Assembly: GCA_028534125.1 (NCBI GenBank) | Contig: CM052817.1 | Span: 18,540,001 to 18,604,000 of the forward strand | DNA: 64,000 nt | Reading direction: 5' to 3' | Source: Lama glama | Lineage: Eukaryota | Shown: positions 12,815 through 26,758 of the stretch, in pieces | Layout: every line of letters begins with the position of its first letter | Numbering within the stretch: position 1 is the stretch's first letter | Notes under the pieces: generated by a model | Told to the model about the DNA's origin: nothing | Seen by the model: only the letters and a program-made list of their open reading frames with translations | Database searches by the model: none | Position numbers and translations under genes: made by a program

Positions 12815-14520
12815 TATATGTTGGATTGTATTTCGCAAACATAAATTAGACTGATTCAGAGATTTGATAAGTGTGAATACTCATTACTGTTAAGGTAAAA
12901 TGTAGAACATTTCCATCAACCCTAAAGTTTCCTGTGTACTTTGCAAGCTATACCTCTACGCACCCACTTTCCAGCTCTAAGCAAACACTGATAGGTTTTC
13001 TGTCACTATAGCTTTGTTTCTCCTGTTTTAGAACTTCAAATAAATAGTCGTATAATATGAACTCAATTTTGTCTTACTTTTTCCACTCAACGTATTTTTT
13101 TTTAATTTACGTTATATGCATATATAGTTAACACTGGTGTGGACATTTTTGTATGAGTCTTTATGTGGACATATTTTTAATTTCTTTTGGTAAATAACTA
13201 AGAGCATACTTATTGTAATATTATAAATTAATGTTTAATTTTGTAGGGTACTGACAAACAGTTTTGCAAAGCAACTGTATCATTTTGCAGCTCCTCTAGC
13301 AATGTATTAGTGTTCTGATTGCTCCACATGCTAACCAATATTTGATATGACCTGGTATTTACTTCTACTCACTCAAATGGATACATAGTAATATCTCATT
13401 TAAGTTTAAATTTGCATTTCTTTGATTGCTAATGATGTTGAGTATTTTTTCATGTGCTTAACTGCCATTTGCATATTTTCTTTTATTAAGTACCTGTTCA
13501 AATCTTTTGATATTGTATGTGTGTATGTATGTGTGTAGTTTCTCTTCTTATTGATTGGTAAGAATTACTTAAATATGGTGGATGCAAACTTTTGTAACAT
13601 ATATGTTGCAAATATTTTATCACATCTAAACCTTTACTTACTACTTTTTATTTTTCTTAATGGTGTCTTTCAAAGACCAGAAGTTTTTAATTTTGCTAAA
13701 GTCCAATTTATTATGATTATTTTTATGTTCCATGCTTTTATGTCTCCTGTGTAAGGAAACTTTATTTTTTCCAAGGTCAGAAATATTTTCTCTTCTGTTT
13801 TCATCTAAAATTAGGGCAATTTACTTTTAGCTTATGTCTATGATTAATTTTTCATTTTTTTCCATGTAGTTACCTGGTTATAACAGCATCATCTTTTGAT
13901 AAGGTTACTATTTCACTATTTTGTTATACCTGTAGTATCTTGGCATTTTTGTCAAAAATTAATTGAACCTGTCAATGTGCGTTTATCCTATTGGGCTTAT
14001 TATTCTTTTGTTCTCTACAAATCATCTTACATCAATAACATATTGTGTAGATTACTATAGTTTTATTGTAAATCTTGAAATTATGTAGTGTATATTCTGA
14101 TTTGTTTATTTTCTTTTTTCTTTACTTTTATATGTAAATTATAGCTTTACTTTATTACTTTTTCCAAAATGTACCATTTGAATTCTGCTTAGGGTATTAT
14201 TGAATCCATAGATCAAATTAGAGAGAACTGGCATCTTAACAATGCTGAGTCTGTTAATCCATGAATATGGTATATCTATTCATTTATTTAGGTCTTCTTT
14301 AATTTTCCTCAGCAATGCTTTGTAATTTTCACTGTATCAGCTTTGTATGTATTTAATCAAATTTATTCTTAAGTATTCTTTGATTTTAAATGTTATTGTA
14401 GGTGGTATGTTTAAAATTTCTTTTTCCAATGATTTGTTTCTGGTATATAGAAATAAAATTGATTTTCTTACCTTGAATCTTGTAAACTGTAATAATTGTT
14501 CAATTTCTTTGCAGTTCTAG
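12815..14520 (-). mobile_element. Old L1M ORF2 and 3' UTR fragment
   Basis: tttgcatttctttgattgctaatgatgttgag and aatccatgaatatggtatatctattcatttatttaggtcttc. Confidence 0.85.
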
Positions 14521-15850
14521 CAGTAGAGATAAGTACAAAATCAGTATGCAAAAATCAATTATGTTTCAGTACAACAGCAAAATAATAGGTAGAAATAAAA
14601 TTTGTTTTCTTAGCAATTGCATCAAAAATATCAAGTATCTAGGATAAGTCTAATAAAATATACACCCTCTACAGAGGACATAACAGAACTTGATTAGAGA
14701 TATAAGGAATAACTAAATAACTGACAGCTACACCATATTCATGGACTTGAAGTCTCAGTCACATAACTAAATTCTACTTAGATTAATTAATAGATATAAT
14801 GCAATCCCAATAAAAACCAATGCTTTCAATATTTTTGGAAGGAATCTTACAAAATGATAATAAAATTTATATGGAAATGCAAAAGGTTAATTTTTGAACA
14901 TTCTTAAAGAAGAATAAGCAGGCAAAACCACTTTTTTTCTACTAGATATAGAAGTTTATTTTGAGGAATTTTTCCAAAATATGATATTATAGATGGAACA
15001 GCCCATTGCAATATAATTGAGCATCTAGAATTACACCACATATATATTAACACTTAATAAAAGATAGTGGGCATTTGTACACCCATGTTCCCAACAGCAT
15101 TGTGAAGCCCACAGATGATGTATAAAGAAAATTTAGCATAAAAATAAAATGGAATATTATCCAGCCTTAACAAAGAAGGAAATTTTGACACATACTTCTA
15201 CATGAATGAACTTTGAAGCCACCATGTAAATTGAAATAAACCAGGACAAGTATATGATTCCACTTATATGGAATACTTAAAGGAACCAAATTCAAATAGA
15301 CAGAAAGTAGAATCGTGGTTGCCAAGGCCTGGTGGGAGGAGAAAATAAGGAGTTATTGTTTAGTGGGGAAAGAGTTTCAGTTTGGGAAGATGAAAAAGTT
15401 TTGGATGTGGGTGCAGGTGATGGTTGCACAGCAATGCAAAGTACTTAATATCACTGAACTGTGCACTTTAAAAAGGTTAAGATGGTAAATTTTATGTTTA
15501 ATGTATTTTACCAAAATAAAAAAGAAAGTGATAGCATCATAAAAAAAGAAAAGGTGCTGTGAAAGATATCCACAAAACATGGATATGCACAAAACTCAGT
15601 TTCTGGTAGACTGAAGACCTATGTATGAAAGACAAAACAATGACAAGTCAAGAATATAATATAGGACTTTGAGGTAGGGAAATAAAAGTAGAAGTTAACT
15701 TTAAGTTAATTAAAAACCAGAAAAAGTCATAACCATATGGGGATAAAAAAAGGATATTCATTTTCCCAAATTTATTGAGCTAAATAAACACTTAAGATTT
15801 GTGCATTGTGATGTATGAAATTATACGTTAATGAACATTAGAATAATAAT
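14521..15850 (+). mobile_element. Old L1M ORF2 fragments with a nested L1MB-like 3' end (about 15070-15530)
   Basis: tacaaaatcagtatgcaaaaatcaatt, aatgcaatcccaataaaa and agagtttcagtttgggaagatgaaaaagtt. Confidence 0.8.
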
Positions 15851-18339
15851 TGGGCAATGTAGAAAAATAATGCATTTTTTTAGTGGAGTTTCTAGAATTA
15901 GTAAGCTGGAATTATAGGAGAAATTGCAAATATTGAGATGACAGTGGTAATAGTAATTGGAGGCTTAACTGGGCTGGAGGAAAAGATAATCGTAAAGGAG
16001 AAAGTCACGAAAAAGAGAGATTAGAGTCGTGAGTGGATTATCCAAGAGTATCTCGAGTGTTTTCAAGGATTCACTTGATCAGGTAAGAGGTGGAAACAGA
16101 TATCATGAGCATCTTAATATTTTATTTATATATATTTTTTAAGAAAAGAGGAATGTGACTGAGAGATCAGGAAATGACATTTACAGAAAAGGAGAGGGGT
16201 AATGGTTATTATTTATAATGTTTAAAACTTCAAAATCTACCATCTAAGATTTTTTGTGTGTATGCAGGGGAAAAGATAAAAATAGCTTGGAAGTGAAAAT
16301 GGGACAAAGGAGTATTCTGCCTATTTCTAGCCTTGAGAGGTTTGGGGTGAGGGAGAAAAAAGTCTCAAGTCCACTTGAGAAGGTGCAGGGCCAAGGGTAC
16401 CCTCACAAAATGGCCTTCAACCAACCAAGTAAAAAAAGAAAAGTTAATGGAAATTTCAAAAAAGTTAAGGATATCAAAGCTTTTATTTTTATTTTTTCAA
16501 GACAGTCTATATGTTTCAGAGGGTAGCGTGGAAGGATGTGGGAGGCAGGGGATATTAGGTTAATTTGTGGAGTGTGTGGACAAGTGTGGGGATGAGGGTG
16601 AGGGTGGATGCCAGGCTGGGCTTCCTGGAGTCACAGAAATACAGAGTTAGTAGCTTCAGCATTCGATGATACCTCCCTTTTTGCAGCCTTTGACTTGCTC
16701 ATTTTGCAGCTGAGGGAAGTAACGATGTCTTTTTGGGACCCTTTATACGAGTGCTCTTTTCTTTTCCAAATGGGACAATATCAAAGGGCCCCAGAAAATG
16801 AGCAATAAAAATGTTCAATATTCTATCTCATGAAGATGTTTTAAGGGTCCTAATAATACCAGTTGAAAGACATAAACTAAGCTGTTGGTTCTAGAAAATA
16901 TATAACATATATATAATACATAACCTATATTAAAAATTTTTTTAATTGGAGCTCAGGTTTCAAGCTGGATGTCAAATGGAGAAGTAAATTCAGCAAGCAG
17001 CCGTGTTGGTCACATTAAGAAAGAGAGGGTTAAATATGCTTTATTTGTTTTTATGATACTATATCAGAGCATCCATCCTTTGTAAAAAAGGATAATTTAA
17101 GAGATTAAAAAATAAGTAAACTTTGTAAATTTTAAGACTTTTTTTCTATTATTTTAAAACTCTCTTTCTAATAATATTCCTGGAGGATTACCCTATATTC
17201 AGCATATGGAATTGAGGCGTAGACACTGATATTGATGAAAGAAAAACATGGGTAAACTTTGTTTTTCTGAATCAGAGATGAAGCTGGTGAAATAAAAAAG
17301 ACTCAGTAACCGTGACCTTTTTACAGCATGAACATAGAAGTTTGCCACAATCCTTCATTCACGGTTTGGCTGTTTTGCTTGATGGTTCAGCTTATATGTC
17401 TGTATTGAACTTGGTTGGTGAATAGGGATTTGGGTCAGTCTGTTCTCCTTATGTGGTACAGAGGCCTCTCGAGAGAAAAGAATGCAGCTAACCTTCCTTT
17501 GAAGGGTCCTATGAGCTACTTCCCACATTATTACTTGCAATCCTTATAGTCCTCTAAGGGAGGTATTACTATCGCCAACCTTACAGTTAAAGAAATTGAA
17601 GTTCACAAAGGTTAAGTGAATTGCACAAGGGTGAACAACTCATAATGCTGGAGTTGGGAGTTGAAAAGAAAAGGAAATATTTCATCTCTGTATTTTGGGG
17701 CTCCCAGTGCAGAATATCTAAGTTCTCAGGGCGGAGACAACAGCAAACCAAGTCTGTTAAGTGAGAGGCGGCCCCCAGTGTCTCATCTAGGCTACATGGA
17801 TTCTAAATTCCTTTACACAGTTGATAGACTCATATACAAATAAGCTGTTTCATCAGCTGCCCCAGGGAGGCTGCAAATGGTCTACATGCTTTACAGGATC
17901 GCTGTGAGGTTCAAGGAAGAGCACTTATGTGAACGTACTTTGAAGAAATAGGGTCACACAGATATGGGTGATCTGGGTGCTGGTGGTGGCGGTATATCAT
18001 TCCTGTGTTTTTCAGGGGGGCGTTGAGTGAGCAAGATATTGCATATTCTTGTATGGATTTGGCATTTTTATGAAAAGTTGAAGGTACTGTTTGAGATTTC
18101 ATTGGGTTCACTATGCATGTGTGTGAGAGAATTCTAGAAGAGGGGTCAGCATTTGTTAGTTATCAGATGTCCCTTGTAGAGATTTGGGTCAGCAGGCGCC
18201 AGAGCCAAACCAAGTTGCTACTTTCTGAGACATCTCAGCATCAGGAATAAGGCAAAGATACGAAGACTAATTGTTTTTGGAGAAATAATTGGATATTTCT
18301 TGAAGGAAGGCTACATAGAGTGGTTCTAAATTCCAGATA

Positions 18340-18965
18340 ATAACAAGAACAAGAATAGCAAATATTTATTAAATTCTTAATATGTGACAGTTAGTATGCT
18401 AAGATAATTTTATGCAAATATTCTCCTATGGCCTAAAATAACTTTTATATGGCAGGTATATCATTATCATTGCCTTTTTGCAGAAAGAGAGATGAATGCA
18501 GTGTTTATGTCTCTCCCAAAGTTGTATATTGAAACCCTTATCCCAAATCCTTATTAAGAGGTAGAGACATTTTGGGGGTGATTATTTCATGAGGGAGGAA
18601 CCCTCAGTAGTGGGATTAGTGCCCTTATAAGAAAGATCCTGGAGAGCTCCCTTCCCCCCATCCACTGTGTAAGGACCCAGCGAGAAGACGGCAACCTATG
18701 AACCCGGAAGCAGGCTCTCACCAGACAGCAAGTCCATCGGCACCTTGCTCTTCCATTTCTAGCCTCCAGAGCTGTGAGAAATAAAAATTTGTTGCATAAG
18801 CCACCCAGTCTATCATGTTTTTGTTATAGCAGCTCAAACAGACTAAAAGCAAGAGACTAAAACTTAAAAGCGTTAGATGACTTGCCTAGAGCCCCACTAT
18901 TAGTGAGAGACAGAACTCAAACTTAAGCCTACCTGCCTCACACCTGAAGGCTTTTAATCATTAGA
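18340..18965 (-). mobile_element. MIR split by an MLT1A LTR
   Basis: MIR core halves on each side: ...ttttgcagaaagaga and gatgacttgcctagagcccca... Confidence 0.7.
18493..18851 (+). mobile_element. MLT1A0-like solo LTR
   Basis: TG...CA ends, gggattagtgcccttataag and ctagcctccagagctgtgagaaataaa. 5-bp TSD agaga at 18488-18492 and 18852-18856. Confidence 0.9.
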
Positions 18966-19145
18966 GGACATTTTCTAATAAGAGTTAATTAATTAAATTA
19001 GACAAATCTACATTGAATTTACCATGTGACAGGTGTTCTCCTAGCAGGAAGAGTTTATCTATTAGGTTTCCAAAAGTTAATTATAATGGAGACAATTATA
19101 ATAGGAAAGTAATAAGGGCTATGTTAGAAATAACCCAGAGGCAAC

Positions 19146-19602
19146 TGTATCAGTCAGGGTTCAATGAGAAGCATTAATATTCATTAATTCATTGATGCAT
19201 TCCTTGATGCAGTCGTGGATTCATGTATGTATGTGTGTGTGTGTATATGTACTTATTGCAAGGAACTGGCATACATGATTGTCAGGGCCTACGAGGCAAA
19301 TCTGAAATCTGTAGAGTAGGCCATCCAAAGGGCTGGTTGGAACTCTCAGGTATAGGCTGACACTACTGGTTGTGGGTAGAATTTCTTGTTTCACAGGGAA
19401 GCCCCAGCTTCACTGTTAGGGCCTTTCGATTGATTAAATCAGGGCCAGATTATTTAGGATAATCTATTTTACTTAAAGTCAATTGATTATCAACTTTAAT
19501 CACATCTACAAGACATCTTCATAGCAACACCTAGAATACTGTTTGCTTGAATAACTGAAGACTGTAGCCAAGCCACATTAACAAATAAAACTGACCATCA
19601 CA
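19146..19602 (-). mobile_element. MLT2-type (ERVL) solo LTR inserted in an L2 remnant
   Basis: tgtatcagtcagggttc...aactgaccatcaca, with near TSD gcaac/gcatc. Confidence 0.85.
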
Positions 19603-19784
19603 GCATCTAACTCAGAACAGGAGAAGGGGAATAAGGCATCAAAAAAAGGTGAGTGAAAGAACTTGTTCCTAGATGATTCTTAAAGGATAAGTAGGAATTA
19701 GAATCAGAGTGGAGCAGAGGAGTTCCAGCTGGCAAAGGAAGATGCATGGCTTTGAGATTGCTAGATTATAAACTTTATTTTCCT

Positions 19785-20078
19785 TTGCAGTGGAAAATGT
19801 ATGTATAATTTTGACACCCCTTTGAACTTAATTACTTATAGCCTACTGTTGACTGGAAGCATCACAGATAACATAAGCAATCGATTAACACATTTTATAT
19901 GTCATGTAAATTATATACTGTATTCTTAACAATACAGCAAGCTAGAGAGAAAACATGTTACTAAGAAAATCATAAGGAAGAGAAAAGACATCATAGTACA
20001 TATATGTATTTATTTAAAATGTTCAAGTATAAGTGGACCTGTACAATACAAACATATGTTCTTCAAGGATCAACTTTA
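19785..20078. mobile_element. Tigger2-like (TcMar) DNA transposon fragment
   Basis: tagcctactgttgactggaagc, aagaaaatcataaggaagagaaaa and terminus gttcttcaaggatcaact. Confidence 0.8.
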
Positions 20079-20394
20079 TTTTCTTGGGAAAAAAATGTAT
20101 AGTTGAAAAGAAATATCATTCATCCCAGAGTCTATAAGAAATAGATGGCTTAAAGCTGGCCTTTGAAGAAAGTAATTTAGGAGAGCAGAGAAGCTTGGGT
20201 GGCACTTCAGAGAGGGTGCCAAGTGACCACTCTGCTGGCCGTGTCTCCATATCCATGAGCCTCCCCTGCACTCCTAGCCCCTCCACAGCTTCCTGCCTAA
20301 GTGCCCCAACTTCTGACTTGCAACTGCGACCGCTACTGTTAGCTGTTTCTGTTAACCCTGTCCTGTCCTTAAAACTGATATCTGTTGCCATGCC

Positions 20395-21130
20395 TGCCAT
20401 GTTCTAGGCCCTGTGCTGGGATTCTAGATGCTTACATAGACCTTTACAATGAGTGTGTGAAAGAGCATTATCTCTATTTTACAGGTGTGGACTTTGAAGT
20501 TCAGTGAGGTGAAAGGGTGCTTCCGAGATTACATATGCGTGTGTTTGTGCCTGTGTGTATTTTTTTTTAACTATGTCATTAGAAATCATCAGAATTTTTT
20601 ATTCCTCTTGCTGTTAGAAACAGACCTCTACCAGGAAGACATGAATTTATCAAGCCCAAGTCATCTAATCTGAGTGAACTTTGTCTCATTTAACTGTTTC
20701 TGTCTTAGGTGTCAATCCACACACCTGGCTTAAAGCTTCCAGGCCTACCTGCCTAAAAGTAGGCTTGTGGTTACAGGCATATGAACTTATGTTCCTGGAT
20801 TTCCCCTCCCAATTCTGTTAAAGGGGAGTAAGGATGCTGTGTCTGTCTATCTTCCTGACTAGAAGAGATGGGATCACAGCAACTGCTACACCACCAGCAT
20901 CATTGCTGCTACTCTGTCACTCACAGCAGCAAAACAAAATGCCTTGAGCTTTCTATGAGCCAGGCACTCTGCAACGTGCTCTATCTCACACATTGACCTT
21001 TGAAGTAAGCCTATGACCCCCATTTTATAGGTGATAAAACCAAAGTAGAAAGAAAGTAAATACATATATTGCTTAGGGGCACGCATGTTTTAAGTCCTGC
21101 ATCAGGATTCCAGTGCTCTCAGTTCCAAGT
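20395..21130 (-). mobile_element. Two MIR remnants (about 20395-20525 and 20930-21130)
   Basis: Core motifs attttacaggtgtggactttgaagttcagtgaggtgaa and ccccattttataggtgataaaacc. Confidence 0.65.
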
Positions 21131-21238
21131 TCTGCCTTGTCTCCTCAGCCCATGGAAGCCTTCTCTAGGGTACAATCTGTACCTTCAGAAGGTACAACTT
21201 TCCTTGAAGGTGTGTGTACCATGTACTAATAAGCCAAT

Positions 21239-21819
21239 TGTTGCAGGAAAGTAGGGTGCAAGAGGATGGTCATGTCCCAGGTCTCAGACGCACCCTGCCA
21301 AGTTAGAGTCCTTGGCTTTGTGCAGGAAAGAACTCAAGAGTGAGCCATAGTAAAGTGAAAGCAAGTTTATTTAGAGAGATACGCACTCCACAGACAGAGT
21401 GCAGGCCGTCTCAGAAGGCAAGACAGAGCAACCACGCGGTGTGGGGTTGTTAGTTTTTATGGGCTCAGTAACTCCATGTGCTAACAAGTGGGAGGATGAT
21501 TCCAGCTACCTTGGGGAAGGGACTGGGATTCCCAGGAATTGGGCCACTACCCACTTTTTGGCCTTTTACGGCCAGCCCTGGAACTGTCAGGCACCTGTGG
21601 GGGTGCCATTTAGCATGCTAATGTATTCTAGTGAGCATATAATGAAGGTCAAGGTCTACTGGGAGTCGAATCTTCCACCATCTTGGGCCTCAAGGTCTAC
21701 TGGAAGTTGAATTTTCTAACATCTTGGGCTTAGTCTGGTTTTAACCAGTTTATGTCCTATCTTCAATTGCTGTGTCATTCTTTTAATGGTTGAGCCCTGC
21801 CCCCTTCCCTCCTGTCTCA
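21239..21819 (-). mobile_element. ERV1-class solo LTR
   Basis: TG...CA ends, AATAAA on the minus strand (gtttattt), near 4-bp TSD caat/cagt, and an internal tandem duplication of about 40 bp at 21649-21730. Confidence 0.85.
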
Positions 21820-22559
21820 CAGTGATCGTTTCTCCACACGTTTGCATCCTGTTTTCAAGCACAACAATGCAGCTGTATGCCCTCAGAAGAAAAACACAGT
21901 CATTTCACAGAGTTCAGATGCCTGCATTTTAACCTTTGGCCTCGAGTAGATAAAATAGCTGTTTGAATTTACTGGCAACAGCTTATAGTGGCGATTCAGA
22001 GGGAACATGGTAATATTTCTCAAGAAGATAAAAATTGGAACTTGCAAAATTTATCGAGGATATTCTTCAAAGACTCCAGGATCCTTCTTCTGTCGTGTGT
22101 TTTTCACAGTGGTTGGCAAAACAGGGATGGTTTATCTCTAATGCTCTCATTTCAAGAAGTGCACTCTGATTTGTGAGATAGCAGATATGACTTTTCAGTC
22201 TTTTCATCCGAGGATTTTACACTGACACCCATGAATGCCAAGAAATAGGTGCAAAAAATATATGTATATACATTAGAACAAAGTCAAAGTTTTCTGAAAA
22301 TGGAAATGGATCTATTTTAAGATTCCATAGTAAAGGCAGTCACCTTATCAAGATGCAGGGAAAAGAGCTGGAGTTGGGAAAGCAGAGGGTAAAACTTTAT
22401 AAAAGTTTCACCACGTCTGACTAAGGTTCTTATTCTCCAATGATAGTTATTAACTCAAAATTTACTCAACTCTAACTAGGCAGTTATTTTCTTTTTTTTT
22501 TCCAATAGTTTCCTTCAGTTTGAATGATAGGAAGGATCATTTAGTAAAATCTCTCTGTT

Positions 22560-23760
22560 TATTAAAAATGTGCTTATGCTTTGGTCTAGTTCCTTCTAGG
22601 ATTTTACTCCACTAGCATGCTTGTATGTGTGTTTGAGAATTTAGGTACAAGAATATTCAGTGTAGCACGATTTGTCACAGAAAATGTTTAGAAACAGCCC
22701 AAATCTTCATCAGTTAGGGTCTAACAAGATAGCTTCAACACATGGCAGGCAAAAATTGACAGAATTCAATGAGAAACTGACTAATCGATAAATATTTTTT
22801 AAAAATTTAACATACTTTCCTCAATAAAAGTTGATTGAGCAGTCAAATTTTTCAGGGTCTAGATGATTTGAGTAACACAGTGAAATCCTGCTCTCATACA
22901 TGGAACATCTCACTCAATGTTAGTGAACACAACCTTTTCAAGCACAGATAGGACCTTTCCAAAAATTGACTGTGTAACCTTGCACAAGATGTAACTAATT
23001 AAATATTGAAGAACCAGAGTCAACCAAAGACTTTCTCTAACTATGGTGTAATAACATTAGGAATCAACAACAACAAAAAAATGAAACTAAAAAATCCAAC
23101 AAAAATTAATATCTAGAATATACAGAGCTTATACAAATAAACAACAAAATAAAATAGCCCAACACATAAATGGACAAAGAGTATAAACATGAATTTCTGA
23201 GGAAAAAAACTGAAAATCTCAATCATTGTATGAAAGAAATACTTAGCCATCCTAGCAATAAGGAAAATTAAAATTAAAATGTTAATAAGACACCATGTCA
23301 CAGATTGACCAACTTTAGTCAACCTAATAAGACCAAGTATTTGCAATGACATGGGGCATTCAGAAATTGAAGTTTCTACCCTAGAAAACGACTTGCTTTT
23401 TTATGAGTTCCACGAAGAAGAGCGCTTACCATGGCACAGTAACAGTCAAAACTATCCCACAGAAGGGGAATGCTGTATCTACACAATAGACGGCATTTAA
23501 AAATGCTTTCAAAATGAATCGGATATTTACATGCATTGAAAAAAAATCTAACAACGTAATATTGTGTGGAAAAGGAAATCACAAAATGTATGTGGAGTAT
23601 GATACCATTTATATGAAGTTGAAAAACAAGAAGTTATTCTTAACCACACATACAGTTGGTAAAAGTTTAAACAAATAGAGGGAAATCATATATACCAATG
23701 TGGGGAAAGTAGTAATATCTGAAGAGGAAATAGGACTAATGATGACTTTTTTGTAGACAT
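22560..23760 (+). mobile_element. Fragmented old L1M (L1ME-like)
   Basis: aaaaattgacagaattcaatgagaaactgac, aaatggacaaagagtataaaca and gtatgataccatttatatgaagtt. Confidence 0.7.
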
Positions 23761-25074
23761 AAAGGTTTTCATTCTACCTTTCTTCCTCCACCACCTCCCT
23801 TCTGGTCTCCCTCCCTCCTCCTTGGTCTTCCATCTTTTCCAGAAGAATTCTTAAGCAAGTGTGCTGTAATTTTGATACTTAATTTTTTGTTGTTGATGGC
23901 AGACACACAGATTTTAGTTATATTCCTTTCCAATTTTTTCTGTTTTCAGTGTTTCATAACTAAGAGTAAAATATTTATAAAAATACCTGATTCTAAGGTT
24001 CTTTTTGGTTCACATTTTTCAGCCCTGAGCAGAATCCTTATTACTCATGCCCAATCACTGCTGGACTTCCTTACCGAGACCTCTGGCCCCCATGCAGTCA
24101 AGCTGGTGTACTGCTTCCAAGATATTCCTAAAAATACTGTGAAGCAGGTAGAACAAACTTCTGTGAGTCATTGACTTTATAGATGAAGAAAGAGAGAACT
24201 TTAGTCCAAGGCCATATAGTCAGAAAGAAGACTTCAATCACCACGCTCCAAGCCCAGTGCTCATTTTGTTATTAACATTGCTTTAAGTTATCCCATGTCT
24301 TTTTAGCTTGAAGGATAGTTGTCTTATACAATGATACAAACATGATGAAGACCAGCAGCAAGGCAACTATATTTCACCTCTTACATCAAGCCAGATTAAT
24401 TAGTAATTATAGTCTGTATTATGAGTGTCTGGTGTTCACTGGGGATCAGCAGAAATTGGGACCTGATTATACCTCAAGAATTGGAGACATATTTTTCATG
24501 TTTCAGATTAACATCCAGGACGGTAATAACCACCGGAAGGGTCCTTACTTAGTGTTGATTCTTAACTACTGAAATGTAAGATGTGTTTGTGTTTCCTTTC
24601 CCATGTACTCACACAGAAATGTGCACGTGACTAGCACGACTATTGTCTCTTGTCTGTTCTGTTTCAAACTTTGGACTGTGACATTTTATCCTGATGTTCA
24701 TAACCATTATCCTAGTAAGAGCTCAGTCTTGCTATGTTGGGTGACTTGCCCCATGTCCTATAGTTCAGTGGACTCTTTTATTGATTCCACTGTGATTTCT
24801 TCAAATCCAAATGCCATTCTCCCCTTGAGAAGTGCTTAGATGATCCAAATCAGGCTACAGATCTTCCGTAGGTGACTTACAGAGTCAGTGGTTTAAAGTC
24901 TTACCCCAGGCTACACCAGCCACTTTAAGCAGTGATAGCAGTCTGCCAAGTTAAGCAATCAAACCATTTCAGTTGCATTTTTCAACCAATCGCAATTTAT
25001 CTTTTCCCCCTTAATGTTTCAATAGTGTTAAACTATTAGAGTTTTCAGATCATATTTACTCCAATAGTTGCTAT

Positions 25075-25205
25075 TTTTCTTTTCCCTTGAGGGGTAGGGG
25101 AAAGATAATAAGGTTTACTTTTTTTTTAATGGAAGTACTGGGGATTGAACCCAGGACCTCATGCTTAGCAGGCACATACTCTACCACTGAGCTATTTCGT
25201 CCCCC
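25075..25205 (-). mobile_element. tRNA-derived SINE (camelid vic-1 type)
   Basis: Minus strand shows A box TAGCTCAGTGG, B box GGTTCAATCCC and an A-rich tail. Confidence 0.85.
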
Positions 25206-26758
25206 ACCCCACCACACTTCTTTTAAAAGTTGTGTATGGAGTTGCTTTTAAAGTCTCTGCCTCAGCCAGTCATAGGAGTGGTATGCTTTTGTCAATGAGA
25301 AGTCTACACCCCTTTCCTCTGTTAATCTCTGAGACACAAAGTGGAGGCAGGTGATGAGGCTGTCCCCAGAGCCTTCCCAGGGAGGAGAGTGCCTCTTGAA
25401 ATCCCCTCCTCTCAGTCAGGGAGCCCATTTTCTCCTAAATCCTCAGCATAAAATCTGAGGTGTGAAGTCTTGCTCTGCTGTCATTGCCCTCAAATCTCTC
25501 ACCATCCATTTCCATTATCACTGCCGAGTACAGCTGGGTTTAATGATCTCTTGCAGCAAAATGAATGGGAATGGAGGGCCATACAGAGCGAGTCAGGAAG
25601 GAGTAGGATGTCTTTCTCCCCGCAGAAAACACCTCACTGAGGGAGAAAAAATGGTCATTTCTTTTTCATTCTTACTGTGAAAATCAAGTTAAAAAAACCA
25701 CAGGTCCTAGATTCTACAGAAAAAGAAGAAATTGCAGTAATTCCTTATATTTAGACCATTCTCTTGTTCAAAGTGGCTGAAAGCTTTTAACAAACTTTTC
25801 TCAGCCACAAATCCCCCAGGCTTTAATGAAGCCTTCTTGAAACACTTGTTAAGAGATTACGTTCTTTTATTGGTTATTTCCTTATTCTCATACTCCTGGA
25901 ACTTACTGGCCAGCAGACAGTGAATCTTTCACAGCGGAAACATTTCGTTTCTATTTATGCATGAATATTGATCTCTCTGCTCCCTTGGCCTTTAGGATTC
26001 TTGCCCTATGGCTTATTTTAAGGTTCTTCTCTAAGAACATTATGGATGCTCTCAAAGGACATCCTGCTGATGCTTGCGTCAGGTGGCAACTTTGGAAAAA
26101 TGGAGAGGAACACCCTCAGTATTTACAATCCAGAGACCTAGGGCTTGAGTTCCAGTTTTGCTCTGTATTATTTGACCATAAGTAAACTAAATTTATCTTT
26201 TTGGACCAAAGCTTCCTGATCTGTAAAATGATGTGGTTATTCCCTTGTTAATGACAACATTTTATGGCATGACAGCAGGGAAGCCTCAATGAATGCCAGC
26301 TTCTGTCTACACCTTTCTCTCACTACACCTTTGTTCTCCTGGGAGCGCCTCTTCCTTGGCCATCAACCCGACTTCCTCATTTGGCCTCCATCTAGAATCA
26401 GTCATCTTAAGAGTTAAACATTTCTTTTTAAACAAGTCATCTGTTTTTCTGATGACAGATTGGATAAAATAGTACTTTTCTTAGTGAATTGAATAGAAAT
26501 GATTTTATTTGACTCTTTGTGTTGCTGCTGACCAGCATTTCCATTCCTTACCTCCTTTGGGAAGGAGGATGATTTAGCTTTGCCGTATGGTGCTCACACC
26601 GTTTCACCTCTGATTATTCCTGCAAAGGTGCAATGGAACTTGATGTTCTGTATCTATGTTCTGAGATACTTTTACAGCCTGAAGCTATGAATGAAGACTT
26701 CCTTATTGTCTTTAGGGTATAGCTATTCAAAACAGCTAAGTAAAAGAATGAAGGTTTA

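Noticed and set aside
25125..25205. tRNA gene
   Set aside because: A and B boxes are present, but the anticodon region is degenerate and a SINE tail follows.
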